Source: Octopus bimaculoides (taxonomy: Eukaryota). From it: a stretch of 45,887 bases of DNA. How positions within the stretch are numbered: the first letter of the stretch is position 1; every line of letters starts with the position of its first letter. The stretch spans positions 35,562,043-35,607,929 of the forward strand of contig NC_068994.1 in NCBI RefSeq assembly GCF_001194135.2, written 5' to 3'. Shown here piece after piece: positions 1-11,939 of the stretch. Under the pieces are notes generated by a model. The model searched no databases. It was given only the letters and a program-made list of their open reading frames with translations, and had not been told where the DNA came from. A program made the position numbers and the translations under genes.

Positions 1-17
1 TATATATATATATATAT

Positions 18-335
18 GGCTCAGTGGTTCGAGCATCGAGCTTACGATCTTGAGGTTGTGAGTTCAATTCCTCAACTGGGCTGTGTGTTGTGTTCTTGAG
101 CTAGACACTTTATGTCACGTTGCTCCAGTTCAATCAGCTGTAGAAACGAGTTGCAACATCATTAGTGCCAAGCTGTATCTTTATCTTTCCTTTGGATAAA
201 ATCGGTGGGAAGCTGGTATGTATGGGCGACTGCTGGTCTTCCATAAAAACAGCCCTAGGTTGTGCGTTTGCCAGTGAGGCGACTTTCCGCCGAGACTTGT
301 AACCCAGAGGGAACGTTAGGTGCACCCATGTTCAT
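18..335 (+). mobile_element. tRNA-derived SINE (family B), near full length
   Basis: Head has A-box-like TGGCTCAGTGG and B-box-like AGTTCAATTCC. The 3' half (gcaacatcattagtgccaagctgtatc...catgttcattcatgactga) matches the minus-strand element at 31850-32060. Confidence 0.85.
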
Positions 336-870
336 TCATGACTGATGGATTTGTAAGTATGCAAATGGACACATACACACAAAAGTATACAAGCATGCAC
401 ACACACATACACACAATGTCTGTGTGTATATATATATATATATCGATGCAAATGCACACATACTCACACACATACACACACAAATATATACTTGCACACA
501 CAAGCATTCACACGAACTCACACACTCACACATTTATAGCACCATATCTAAGAAGTTCATAATTTACAAAAGACCAAAATTTTTAAATAATGTCTTTTTC
601 TATTCCAGCCTAATTCCAAAAAAAAACAGAAAACAGGAAAAGAAAAATATGTATTTTTGGTAGAGATTAATGTAAGAATATAATTAGAGTATTTGAGTGA
701 ATAGCTGGGAATTCATTAAATACACTGGAACAAATATCTCTGTCCAAATATTCTTTGCAATACTTTATGATATGCAGTGAAACTAGAAAATTCTGGACTT
801 ATATGATAGCTACTTAAAAATGAGTGCTATGAGTGGTATGGAAGATTTATCGATCTTCTACAGGTGATAG

Positions 871-1101
871 TCACATGAATGTCCAAAGATTTTTCTTAAA
901 GGAATAAATACCGTTAAGCCAATAAACCATTTTCGTTTTAATTCTCTCATAACTCGTTATCCTTGCAAAGTTTGCAGTGAAAATTGGATGTTTTATGTTC
1001 ATTTTTGCCAAGGCAATATGACTGAACTGGTCAGCAAAATCAGACGGTTTCATGTACATTTCAAATGAGAATTTTATAGTGCAGTGTCCATGATTTTCAT
1101 A
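871..1101 (-). other. 77-codon open frame in unique sequence (YENHGHCTIKFSFEMYMKPSDFADQFSHIALAKMN...KKNLWTFM*); possible exon, unrecognised
   Basis: Non-repetitive and stop-free. No convincing splice acceptor and no recognisable domain. Confidence 0.15.
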
Positions 1102-1574
1102 TCATTCACAAGACTGAGTTTAATATCTTTTGTTTTAGTCAAACAGTGTGAATGCCTTTCGTTCAATAGCATAACTTAGTGTTATTTATGGAAAGACGTA
1201 AATTTTTATAACTTCAGGGCAACTCTTATCTCTTGCTCTTTATTGTGCTCCTTTTTCCCTTCCACACCTTTCACCTATAGGATAGTACTGAATATCCCCT
1301 ACACAAACCTCTCTGTCACTCTCTTTTTCAATAATCCTTGACACTAATCACTTTCCCTGTCTCCATCTCTTCCCTGCTCCCTCTCCTAACAGTGTCTTCT
1401 CTGTAAACTCTCTCCACTACAAAAAGTTTGTTCCATTTATCATACTCAACCATTTCCCATCATCTCATCGAAAATGATTTCTCTGTCAGTCTGTCTCCAT
1501 CTCACCTATTCTCCTTTCATTTGTGAGGAATTTTTAGGCTCTTTAGTCTTTCAAATTTGCAAACTGTGAGAAGA

Positions 1575-1770
1575 CCTTGCTGGTGTTAGGAACACTTAAA
1601 AGCAGCCAGTACACTCTGTAAAGACATTGGCATTAAGAAGGGCAACAAGGTATAGAGTCCATGCCAAAGCTAAGACACTAGAGGAGATGATGATGATAAT
1701 GAAGACAAAGGTGATGATAACGCTGACCAATGATAATGATGTAGATGATGATGGTGTTGATGATGACGAT
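1575..1770 (+). mobile_element. RTE-type LINE 3' UTR remnant with (GAT)n tail
   Basis: ttggcattaagaagggca...ccatgccaaa motif shared with 43390-43430 and, reverse-complemented, 11615-11660. Followed by a gat-rich tail. Confidence 0.65.
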
Positions 1771-2031
1771 GTTGACGATAAGGATGTAGTACCACTTAAA
1801 GTACTCTCCTGCTACCTTGTCACTGATAATTGTAATAAACATCATCTGTTTATTTACTCCCCTTCCAAATACATGGGCTACTATGATCACATTACTGAAA
1901 CTAGAGTTTCTAGTTTTCCTCTATTGTTTTAACTGGTTGATAACTAGTCATAAGTACCTAGGTAGGTTAAGTGAATTGTTGTGACTCTGAAAGTATCGGC
2001 TTGAGTTTATTACAAAACTTCAGCTTAATAT

Positions 2032-2420
2032 AGGTGCAGGAGTGGTTGTGTGGTAAGTAGCTTGCTTACCAACCACATGGTTCCGGGTTCAATCCCACTG
2101 TGTGGCAGCTTGGGCAAGTGTCCCTCTACTATAGCCTCGGGCAGACCAAAGCCTTGTGAGTGGATTTGGTAGACGGAAACTGAAAGAAGCCTGTCGTATA
2201 TATGTATGTGTGTGTTTGTGTTTATTCCCCCAACATTGCTTGACAACCGGTGCTGGTGTGTTTAAGTCCCCGTAACTTAGCGGTTCGGCAAAAGAGACTG
2301 ATAGAATAAGTACTAGGCTAACAAAGAATAAGTCCTGGGTTCGATTTGCTCGACTAAAGGCGGTGCTCTAGCATGGCCGCAATCAAATGACTGAAACAAG
2401 TAAAAGAGTAAAGAGTAGAG
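2032..2420 (+). mobile_element. tRNA-derived SINE (family A), full length
   Basis: tRNA-like head (gtggtaagtagcttgc...gggttcaatccc), internal TA/TG linker, conserved tail ending gaaacaagtaaaagagtaaagag. Many other copies in the window. Confidence 0.9.
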
Positions 2421-2744
2421 TTAATATGCCAACAGCCTAATGACTTAACTACTTGAAACATAACTGCCCATTCAATTCTGTGGAGGCAGTGATCTCATGC
2501 TGAGAGAAATGATTGAAAGTTTGTGTGAGTTTGTATGAGCACTTCTTTGCATGACCTTCACACATATGTAAGCCAGTAAGTCTCAACAGGTTCAGATAAT
2601 CCCTACAGCATTAGGCTATAAATGTATTTATAATATACACATACATGAGTATACCATCGCAAATTAGCTGGCTAAAAGTGGAAATATTTTAATAATTGAG
2701 GACCACACATAGTCAAAATCCTGGCTATACAGTATAATCATTAA

Positions 2745-3423
2745 GCACATTGGACAAAATGCCTTGTGGTGTGTGTTTCAGCTCTTTACATTCTAAGTTC
2801 CTGCCTCCATTTTGTTCATCATCATGTTCTGAGTTCAAATTCCACCAATGTCAACTTTGCTTTTGGGGTTGATAAAATAAGTACCAGTTGAACTCTGGAG
2901 TTGATGTAATCAATTTATCCGCCCCCACCACCTCAAATTGTTGGCATCGTACCAACATTTGAAATCATTATCATTATTATTATTAGCTGGCAGAATTATT
3001 AGCACATCAGGCAAAATGTTAACTGACATTTCGTCCATCTTTACATTCTGAGTTCAAATTTCGTTGAGACTGTCTTTGCCTTTTATCCGTGTGGACTCAA
3101 TAAAATAAGTAGAATCAATGTAATCAACTTACCCCTTCTCCTGAAATTACTGGCCTTGAGCCAAAAATTGAAACTATTATTATTATCATTATTATTATTA
3201 TTAAAGATTTCTAAGCGGGTGAACTGGCAGGGTTCTTAGCATGTTGGACAAAATGCTTAATGACATTTCCTCCAGATCATTATGTTCTGAGTTCAAATTC
3301 CACTGAGGCCACCTTTCAGGGTTGATAAAATAAGTACTCATTGAGCACTGGGATCAATGTAATTCGCTAACACCCACTCCTAAAATTGCTGGTCATGCAT
3401 CAAAATTTGGAACCATTATTATT
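2745..3423 (+). mobile_element. Three head-to-tail copies of tRNA-SINE family C (~2745-2975, ~2983-3185, ~3216-3423)
   Basis: Each copy has ttctgagttcaaattc, gataaaataagtac/tcaataaaataagta and a gaaa(t/c)(c/t)attatt tail. Same family at 20855-21060 and 24433-24648. Confidence 0.85.
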
Positions 3424-3424
3424 T

Positions 3425-3720
3425 GAGGGGGGGGGGATGGGAGCTGGGAGGTGTTGTTGTTGTTCTTCCTCTGCAACTTCTTTTCCACCAACTGCTATTT
3501 TTAAACCTTCCACCACCTCTCTACCATCATCATCACAGCTACAGCCACCACCACTGCTCACCTCACTCAGCCCTCACCTCAACATTCTACTAAATAGGGA
3601 CTTTTGCTTCTATCCTGCATTCTGTCATAGAACCACCACTAAAACCAATTCTTCCCCAACCATTAGCTATACCATAACCACTACCAATTACAATAATGAC
3701 CACCATTGATTGCCATTGTT
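3425..3720. repeat. Degenerate CCA/ACT-rich low-complexity tract
   Basis: Runs of ccacca/accact. Confidence 0.6.
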
Positions 3721-3857
3721 GCTGTTAACACACTGTCACATCCAACTCCTTCCAAGATGGCCTACTGTATTTCATGCTGTTAAGAAGACCCAAAATAAAG
3801 GTATGTATGTATATTATGTGTGTTTGTGTGTGTGCATGTATGTGTGTGTATATACAC

Positions 3858-3898
<41 letters not shown>

Positions 3899-4320
3899 NN
3901 NNNNNNNNTATATATATATACACACAAATACACACATAAATATACATATATATATTTGTACATATACATACATTTGCAAATGTGTGCGTGTGTGTATGTG
4001 TGTATAGGTGTGTGTAAGGAGGTGAGTGTATGTGTGTAAAATTAATGAACCATTGATTGTCTTAAATTAAGTGTCCTGCTTTTTATTAGATTAATTTCCT
4101 TTTAGAGTTCCTTTGCTTTATGGGACAAAAAAAGTATCAAAATGACATAACTCTGACTTTAATTAATTTGTAAGGAGCTGAAAGAAAGAAAAGATAGTAA
4201 GAAGGGAGGAAGAAGAAGAAGAAGAAGAAGAAAGAAAAAAGACAAGGAAAAGAAGGAAGTAGGGAAAAATAAAAATAGAAAACTTTCCCAAAAAATATTA
4301 AAAAATAAAAAGAATAAAAC

Positions 4321-4414
4321 CTGAAGGAATGCACTCCTAAATATCGATTCCACAAGTTATGCAGTTTATGGATTATCTTTGTCTTGAAACAGTCAAAATG
4401 CCATTGATAATCTC
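4321..4414 (-). CDS. Candidate internal exon GDYQWHFDCFKTKIIHKLHNLWNRYLGVHSF(R)
   Basis: Acceptor ggctttgtcag|, weak donor CAG|GTTTTA, 94 bp, only one frame open. Product not recognised. Confidence 0.2.
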
Positions 4415-4779
4415 CTGACAAAGCCAAGCCCACAAGACTTCAATTTGATTTCAGATTTTCCTCTTGCATCTATTTGTCTTACATTATGAGAACAAATTTG
4501 GTTGTATGGTTAAGAAGTCTGTTTTGAAATTACATGGTTTAGGGTTCACTCCTATTGTGTGGAAAATTTAATAAGTGTGGCTTTTTTGTTTTTGTTTTTA
4601 TTTTATGTCACAACTTCAGATTAATGTAAGATTGGGAGATTTATTATTGGAAGTGGATGGACAAAACTGGAACTGCTTAGAAAATAAACCTATTAAATGG
4701 TTTGTACTAATTGCATCTGGTAGATTTAATTACATTGCATCCTTGCAAGTCAATAAGAATACATTCATACACACATATA

Positions 4780-4900
4780 TGGTGCGGGCGTGGCTGTATG
4801 GTAGGAAGCTTGCTTCCCAACCACATGGTTCCGTGTTCAGTCTCACGTTGTGGCATCGTGGGCAAGTGTCTTCTACTATAGTCACAGGCCGACCAAACAC
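4780..4900 (+). mobile_element. SINE family A, 5' head fragment
   Basis: gcgtggctgtatggtaggaagcttgcttcccaaccacatggttccg...gggcaagtgtcttctactatag. Confidence 0.85.
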
Positions 4901-4926
4901 AGACACACACACACACACACACGTGC

Positions 4927-5072
4927 AAAAGGCTTCCACACAATTTCAGTCTACCAAATACACTCACAAAAAATGAGTTGGCAACCTCGGGTTGAAATAG
5001 AAGACACTTGCCCAAGGTTCTGTACACTGGGACTAAAATGGAAAACACATGGTTGCAAACTGAGCTTCTTTA
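4927..5072 (-). mobile_element. SINE family A, 5' head fragment, inverted relative to 4780-4900
   Basis: ttcagtctaccaaatacactcacaa...tagaagacacttgcccaagg is the reverse complement of the family A head. Confidence 0.8.
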
Positions 5073-5111
5073 TCTCACAGCTATACCTGTGTCTATATTT
5101 ATATATATATG

Positions 5112-5186
5112 TATAGCCTGAACAGGATAAACTACCCCTATTTTGCAGAGAAAGTGTAGGTGGTAGTTTATCCTGTTCAGGCTATA
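5112..5186. repeat. 75-bp hairpin / mini-MITE with perfect 25-bp inverted arms
   Basis: tatagcctgaacaggataaactacc (5112-5136) and ggtagtttatcctgttcaggctata (5162-5186). Ends in TA. Confidence 0.85.
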
Positions 5187-5350
5187 TTATTAGCATTATT
5201 CTGCGATTGAGAATTTAAAATCACTTTAACTTTCTAAGACATTTCAACGCTTCTAAAAGCAAACTTTGTTTGTTTATTTACGTTTGTCGTAATTTGAATT
5301 TAATGTATATATATATATATATATGCATCATATAATGTATATATATATAT

Positions 5351-6203
5351 ATAGGAAAATAAAAGATAATAATAATAAGGCAGAATGCTAAACTGAAAGC
5401 ATATTTTAATATAGATGTGCATAAGGAAGATTAAAAAGGATTTCTAACTGGCTTTTATTGCATGGCAAAATTTCAAGAAGAGGGGAAATGAAAATAATGT
5501 TTTTTACAAAAATATAAAAAATATATAAAAAAATAAATATACCAATACATTATATTGTCTTTGAGTTTTTAAAGTTCAATGGTAATCCATGTAGATAATT
5601 GTTAGATAGATTAGGATGCATGGAATTAAGAATCATGTTGTTTAAGAAAGGCTGAGAGTTTGTGTTAAACAGGAAGTGTGTGTAAGGGAAGACAATCCTG
5701 TTGACAAAGAGTTCAGAACTCCAACTAAAGAGTATAAAATCCACAGAATTGTCTTCCCTTACACTTCCTGTTTTGACACCATANNNNNNNNNNNNNNNNN
5801 NNNNNNNNNNNNNNNNNNNNNNNNNNNNNNNNNNNNNNNNNNNNNNNNNNNNNNNNNNNNNNNNNNNNNNNNNNNNNNNNNNNNNNNNNNNNNNNNNNNN
5901 NNNNNNNNNNNNNNNNNNNNNNNNNNNNNNNNNNNNNNNNNNNNNNNNNNNNNNNNNNNNNNNNNNNNNNNNNATTTATTTTTTTATATATTTTTTATAT
6001 CTTTGTAAAAAACATTATTTTCATTTCCCTTCTTCTTGAAAATTTGCCATGCAATAAAAGCCGGTTAGAAATCCTTTTTAATCCTCCTTATGCACATCTA
6101 TATTAAAATATGCTTTCAGTTTAGCATTCTGCCTTATTATTATTATTTTTTATTTTCCTATTATTTCTCCATGTGCGGTTAACACAACTCCACCATTTAC
6201 TGA

Positions 6204-6205
<2 letters not shown>
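5351..6205. mobile_element. Long foldback (inverted-repeat) element, copy 1, partly in N-gap
   Basis: 5351-5530 is the reverse complement of 5974-6161. Inner arms aagggaagacaat/attgtcttccctt close a 51-bp loop (5697-5747). A unique ~44-bp tail ends actgact before (TA)n. Second copy at 25521-26204. Confidence 0.85.
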
Positions 6206-6242
<37 letters not shown>

Positions 6243-6329
6243 GCACAGACATTCACACACACACACACATTTACTTATATATATCTAAAAAAGAACATGG
6301 GCATAAATTGGTACTCTTTATTCCAACTC

Positions 6330-6505
6330 TTACATATGTTTCAGTATTTAGCAACACATGATGTCATGCTATAGATGAAACCAACAGATGCAGCTTATAG
6401 GACCAGCATGGAGCAAACATATTGCCAGAAACTTTTATGTGTTTAACATCAGAGCCGAAACCCATGTGGTTTAATTGTCGCATGTTGAGCGCATCCAATC
6501 ATGCC
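6330..6505 (-). mobile_element. Old degenerate tRNA-SINE fragment
   Basis: ccagcatggagcaaac...cccatgtggtttaattgtcgcatgttgagcgcatccaatcatgcca resembles reverse-complemented SINE heads. Confidence 0.4.
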
Positions 6506-6640
6506 AATAAATATGTGGTGTGTGTGTGTATGCTTATTTACTGTGGGCCTGTTCTAATTTCTTACCAAGTTCATTTGCAAGTTGTCTGCCTGCCTGAACA
6601 TACGATATAGCAGAACATAGTTAACAAAATGTCAAACAGT

Positions 6641-6882
6641 TATGTTTGCACCTGAATGTGTGAGTGTGTGCATGACTGCAGATGCATGTGTATATATATA
6701 TGTATATATAAATATTTATATATATGTATGTATATATCTGTATGTATATATGTATGTATATATATATATACATATAGATATATACATACATATATACATA
6801 TATATATATATTTATATATACATATATATATACACATGCATCTGCAGTCATGCACACACTCACACATTCAGGTGCAAACATA
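6641..6882. repeat. Inverted repeat centred on a TA/TGTA microsatellite (possible assembly artefact)
   Basis: 6641-6714 is the exact reverse complement of 6809-6882, next to an 892-N gap. Confidence 0.8.
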
Positions 6883-6891
6883 TATATATAT

Positions 6892-6929
<38 letters not shown>

Positions 6930-7837
6930 NNNNNNNNNNNNNNNNNNNNNNNNNNNNNNNNNNNNNNNNNNNNNNNNNNNNNNNNNNNNNNNNNNNNNNN
7001 NNNNNNNNNNNNNNNNNNNNNNNNNNNNNNNNNNNNNNNNNNNNNNNNNNNNNNNNNNNNNNNNNNNNNNNNNNNNNNNNNNNNNNNNNNNNNNNNNNNN
7101 NNNNNNNNNNNNNNNNNNNNNNNNNNNNNNNNNNNNNNNNNNNNNNNNNNNNNNNNNNNNNNNNNNNNNNNNNNNNNNNNNNNNNNNNNNNNNNNNNNNN
7201 NNNNNNNNNNNNNNNNNNNNNNNNNNNNNNNNNNNNNNNNNNNNNNNNNNNNNNNNNNNNNNNNNNNNNNNNNNNNNNNNNNNNNNNNNNNNNNNNNNNN
7301 NNNNNNNNNNNNNNNNNNNNNNNNNNNNNNNNNNNNNNNNNNNNNNNNNNNNNNNNNNNNNNNNNNNNNNNNNNNNNNNNNNNNNNNNNNNNNNNNNNNN
7401 NNNNNNNNNNNNNNNNNNNNNNNNNNNNNNNNNNNNNNNNNNNNNNNNNNNNNNNNNNNNNNNNNNNNNNNNNNNNNNNNNNNNNNNNNNNNNNNNNNNN
7501 NNNNNNNNNNNNNNNNNNNNNNNNNNNNNNNNNNNNNNNNNNNNNNNNNNNNNNNNNNNNNNNNNNNNNNNNNNNNNNNNNNNNNNNNNNNNNNNNNNNN
7601 NNNNNNNNNNNNNNNNNNNNNNNNNNNNNNNNNNNNNNNNNNNNNNNNNNNNNNNNNNNNNNNNNNNNNNNNNNNNNNNNNNNNNNNNNNNNNNNNNNNN
7701 NNNNNNNNNNNNNNNNNNNNNNNNNNNNNNNNNNNNNNNNNNNNNNNNNNNNNNNNNNNNNNNNNNNNNNNNNNNNNNNNNNNNNNNNNNNNNNNNNNNN
7801 NNNNNNNNNNNNNNNNNNNNNACACACACATATATAT

Positions 7838-7874
<37 letters not shown>

Positions 7875-8341
7875 TAGATATGTACACACACAGACACACA
7901 TACAGTTGTATATATGTATGTGTGTGTGTGACCCATCTAAGAGTCTATAAGTCAAGAAAAGATCCACTCTTATATCTGTTAGTTGGGTGGGTATATTAAT
8001 CGAAGTATACAGTATTATAAATCCATTATGGCCAATCTTACCAATTGGTATCATACTAGTGGTTCAACAGAATGTTAGGTAACAGTCTGATTATGTAGCC
8101 CTTTTCTCTTCAGAGGTAGCCATTATAGATTGAAATAGCAACTGCTCCCTGATATTTATATATATATATATATATCAATCATCATCATCATCCTTGTTTA
8201 ATGTCTGTCTTCCATGCTGGCATGGGTATATATATATATATATNNNNNNNNNNTGCTGCTTTTAAATAAAGCATATTACTCTACCTCTGGTATTTGAGTA
8301 CTCTTTTTTCCACCTTGTTGCACATTTCATGTGCTTACTCC

Positions 8342-8384
<43 letters not shown>

Positions 8385-8804
8385 ACATACATACATATAT
8401 ATACATACATACATACCCACACACACAAACACACGTGCATGTGTGTAATCCATTCACATAAACACATGCATGCACACATAGTTAAAACTAGCTACCATAC
8501 TTGAGGCAGTGAACCAAAAATAATTATTAATTAATTGAAATTATAAACCTAATGTAAAGAAACTCGTTAATTTGTGTCACTAATAACTATTCTCAGAAGG
8601 GGCAAAGGAGGAAACTTCTAGAATTTCAACCACTCAGAAATTAAATTAACCTACAAATGTGAAGGAAATAAGTGTGATCTTTGAAAGTTATGGTGGCAAC
8701 TGTAGACATATTTCAATCTTATTAAGTCTTGTCAGTGGAGCATTGTGTACTAAGTAGAATACCAGATCAGCTATTAGAAATCTTTCTTAACCTCAGTATA
8801 CCCT

Positions 8805-8841
8805 TTAATAGGGTTTACTGTTAGGCAGTAAACCCTATTAA
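8805..8841. repeat. 37-bp perfect hairpin (16-bp stem, 5-nt loop)
   Basis: ttaatagggtttactg-ttagg-cagtaaaccctattaa. Confidence 0.85.
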
Positions 8842-11368
8842 CTGTTATAACTGTTATCCAGTTATAGAAATATACTAAAAAATGAAACATTGAGAGTAAA
8901 ATATAGTTGTTGAACTAAGACAAGGAGTTTAATTACACTGATTACATTGTGTGACATAACTTTTGTCTTTGGGTAGCTACTATTATTTCCTATTTCATTA
9001 CCCCTAGAAAGTATGAAAAATGGCTAATATTTCCTTCAAACTTTATATTTGTTACATTTTTTCAAACCCCAAAGAATCCCTCTCAACCCATGGCTATGGT
9101 GCTGCTCCACTACTCCTGCTCATGATCAACCACTAAGGGACATGCTCAAGTGGTTATGATCAAGCAATTGACAAGTAAATCTATGGTATTCAGCAAGATG
9201 TTTGCTATAATGATATTTCTGCTTCAGCAACTCAGTGCTGAATTTGTCTCAAATGTAATGGAAAATAGACCAGTTTCAAAACATCGATGCCCAAGTCACA
9301 AAAGCAAAGTTTGAAGAGAATTGTAGTCATTTCCTTTGATTTCTAGATAGAAGCAAATAGGAAATAACACTTACTGACCGAAGACAAATATATATATATA
9401 TATATATATATAAATTTTGTTACAGTGTTATGAATTGACTCAGAGCACACTGATACAAGCCAGCATATAAAGTAGGTGTAATGCCAGCATGTAAAGTGGA
9501 TGTAAAATGATGATGATGATGAAGAAATGACTATGGTAATGATAATGATGAGGAGACAGAGATGGAGGATAATGCCTGTTTGACAGAACAAATAGACTGA
9601 TGGCGTATTTATGTAATCTGTTCAAGTACAAAATTGGACTTTCTGACATTCTGACCACACCTGTAGTTATATTGTATTAACTGAGAGTGGAAAACAGAGG
9701 GGAACTGAACAGTTCAAAGAGTGGGAAAGAAGAAGTGGAGCGTTAAGCAGGAAACAGTTAATTTGTTATTAAGCAACAGAACTGAATATTTGAGAAAATG
9801 AACAACTGATTGTCTTCAAACCCAACCCTTGTGTTTTACAGATATCCACACAAACATGCTTACATACATTCACATATATATGCAAACACACATATATTGC
9901 ATTGTTTCATAATGAAGAACTTCAAGTAAATCTCAGTCACACACACACATACGTGCATATATACATAAGCAGGTATACATGGCTAATGTATCATACACAC
10001 AAACACACATTTACAACTAATTGCACACATAGACACATACACACAAAATGTACAAACAAAAACAAATGCAATTACACTTAGGCATACATATCGCATAGAG
10101 AAATCATGTGTACTTATATGCACACATGTGTATGTATGTATGTGTGTGCATATATATATATATATATATACACACATACATACATATATATATATTTATA
10201 CACACACATGCACACAAATACACACACACATGTATACATATACATGTGTGTCTGTGTGTGTGTGAATGCAGATGTATATAGATTTATATATGTATACATA
10301 TCTGCATGCATGTGTACATGTGTGTATACATATACGCAAGCACAAACGAGATATAGAAATTCTTTGTTAAAGATGGAAAGATTCAATTTAAGGCTTCCAA
10401 ATTTTCAAGAATTACATTGTTTTTTTTTTCTTCCTTATGTGTACATGTGTGTGTGTGTATATAAGCATGCATGTGCATAAAAAATACAGCATATAAAACA
10501 GAATAAACACATGAAAAAAAGGCTGAAGTATTTGAGCTGTGAGTTGAATTTGCATGTATTTTTTATCAGTTGAAAAATTAGATTTTTAAGTTAATCTAAG
10601 TGAAAATAATTGAATTGGGGGCCAATGTGAAATTAAATTATTCGATGTATATATATGGCTTGTAAAGTTACTTGTGTTTATCAGGTTAATCCATGTATTA
10701 TCAACTATATTTATGTGATTATAAACTATGGAAACGCATATAAATTATACACACTGACATACACATATACATACACATGCACATACACATATATATAGAC
10801 ATACATGCATGCATACAGAGATACATGCACACACACACATGTATGTACACACATGCATATATTCATACAACAATTATACAAGGGTACATGTACTAGTATT
10901 GCACACATGCTAACATACATGAATATATATATATATATATACACATACATACATATATATATATATGCGCACACATGTATATATTCATACAACATATGCC
11001 TACGTACATCAATATACAGATACACAGAAACATGCAATATATAAATATATAACTATGTATACTTGTAAGCATGTATGTACATATATGTATGCATAAACAG
11101 AGAGGTAGAGGTCGTAGTAAACATTTAAAGTTTTCTTTAATTAGGCTCTTGTATGGTAACCTATAACGACTATTCTCTCACTGACCTATGTGCACAAATA
11201 ACACACACACACACACACATATATACATATACATATGCATGTATACAGGTATATACTTATGGATGCAAAAGCAAATAAATGCATAATATTGTTCTTTTAA
11301 CTTTATGGGTGTAGACACACAGATGTTATTATATGTGTGTGTGTGTGTATGTATATGCATATATATCC

Positions 11369-11411
<43 letters not shown>

Positions 11412-11519
11412 TGCATTTACAAACTGATTGTATTTGTCAGTCCTCTGATCATTGCTTTACACAAGCTAAATATGAAGCTTTAAGCTATAATGGACTATAC
11501 CACGGGATGTGTGTGTGTG

Positions 11520-11549
<30 letters not shown>

Positions 11550-11552
<3 letters not shown>

Positions 11553-11900
11553 ATCATCATCATTTAACGTCCATTGACCAGGGCTGGCAAGGCTGCACCA
11601 GACCCTAATCTGATTTGGCATGGTTTCTGCAGCTGGATGCCCTTCTTAATGCCAACCACTGTGAGAATGTAATGGGTGCTTTTAGATGCCATCAGCATGA
11701 GTGCCATTTGTGTTACACCAGTATCTGCCACAACTGCAATTTTGCTCTGCTTGGTGGGTTTTCTTCTGAAGCACGACATAATGCAAAAGGTCTCAGTCAT
11801 TGCCTCCAAGAGGCTCAACACTCGGAAGGAACTCAGCAACTTTGCCTCTGTGAAGCCCAACACTGGAAAGGAACTTGTCTTCGTTAGGTCCAACACTCAA
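11550..11900 (-). mobile_element. RTE-type LINE 3' UTR with (GAT)n tail and internal subrepeats
   Basis: catcatcatcatttaacgtc tail; ttggcatggtttctgcagctggatgcccttcttaatgccaaccac matches 43390-43430 reverse-complemented; three caacactNNNaaggaact units. Confidence 0.8.
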
Positions 11901-11939
11901 AAGGAACTCGCCTCTGTGATATATATATATTTATATATA

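Noticed and set aside
18-100. tRNA genes at SINE heads (also 2032, 31634, 32350, 35620)
   Set aside because: A/B boxes are present but no complete cloverleaf or acceptor stem is evident, and each continues into a repeated SINE body.
868-1068. Plus-strand frame with YPCKVCSE...H resembling a zinc finger
   Set aside because: His spacing does not fit C2H2 and there are no usable splice sites or start.
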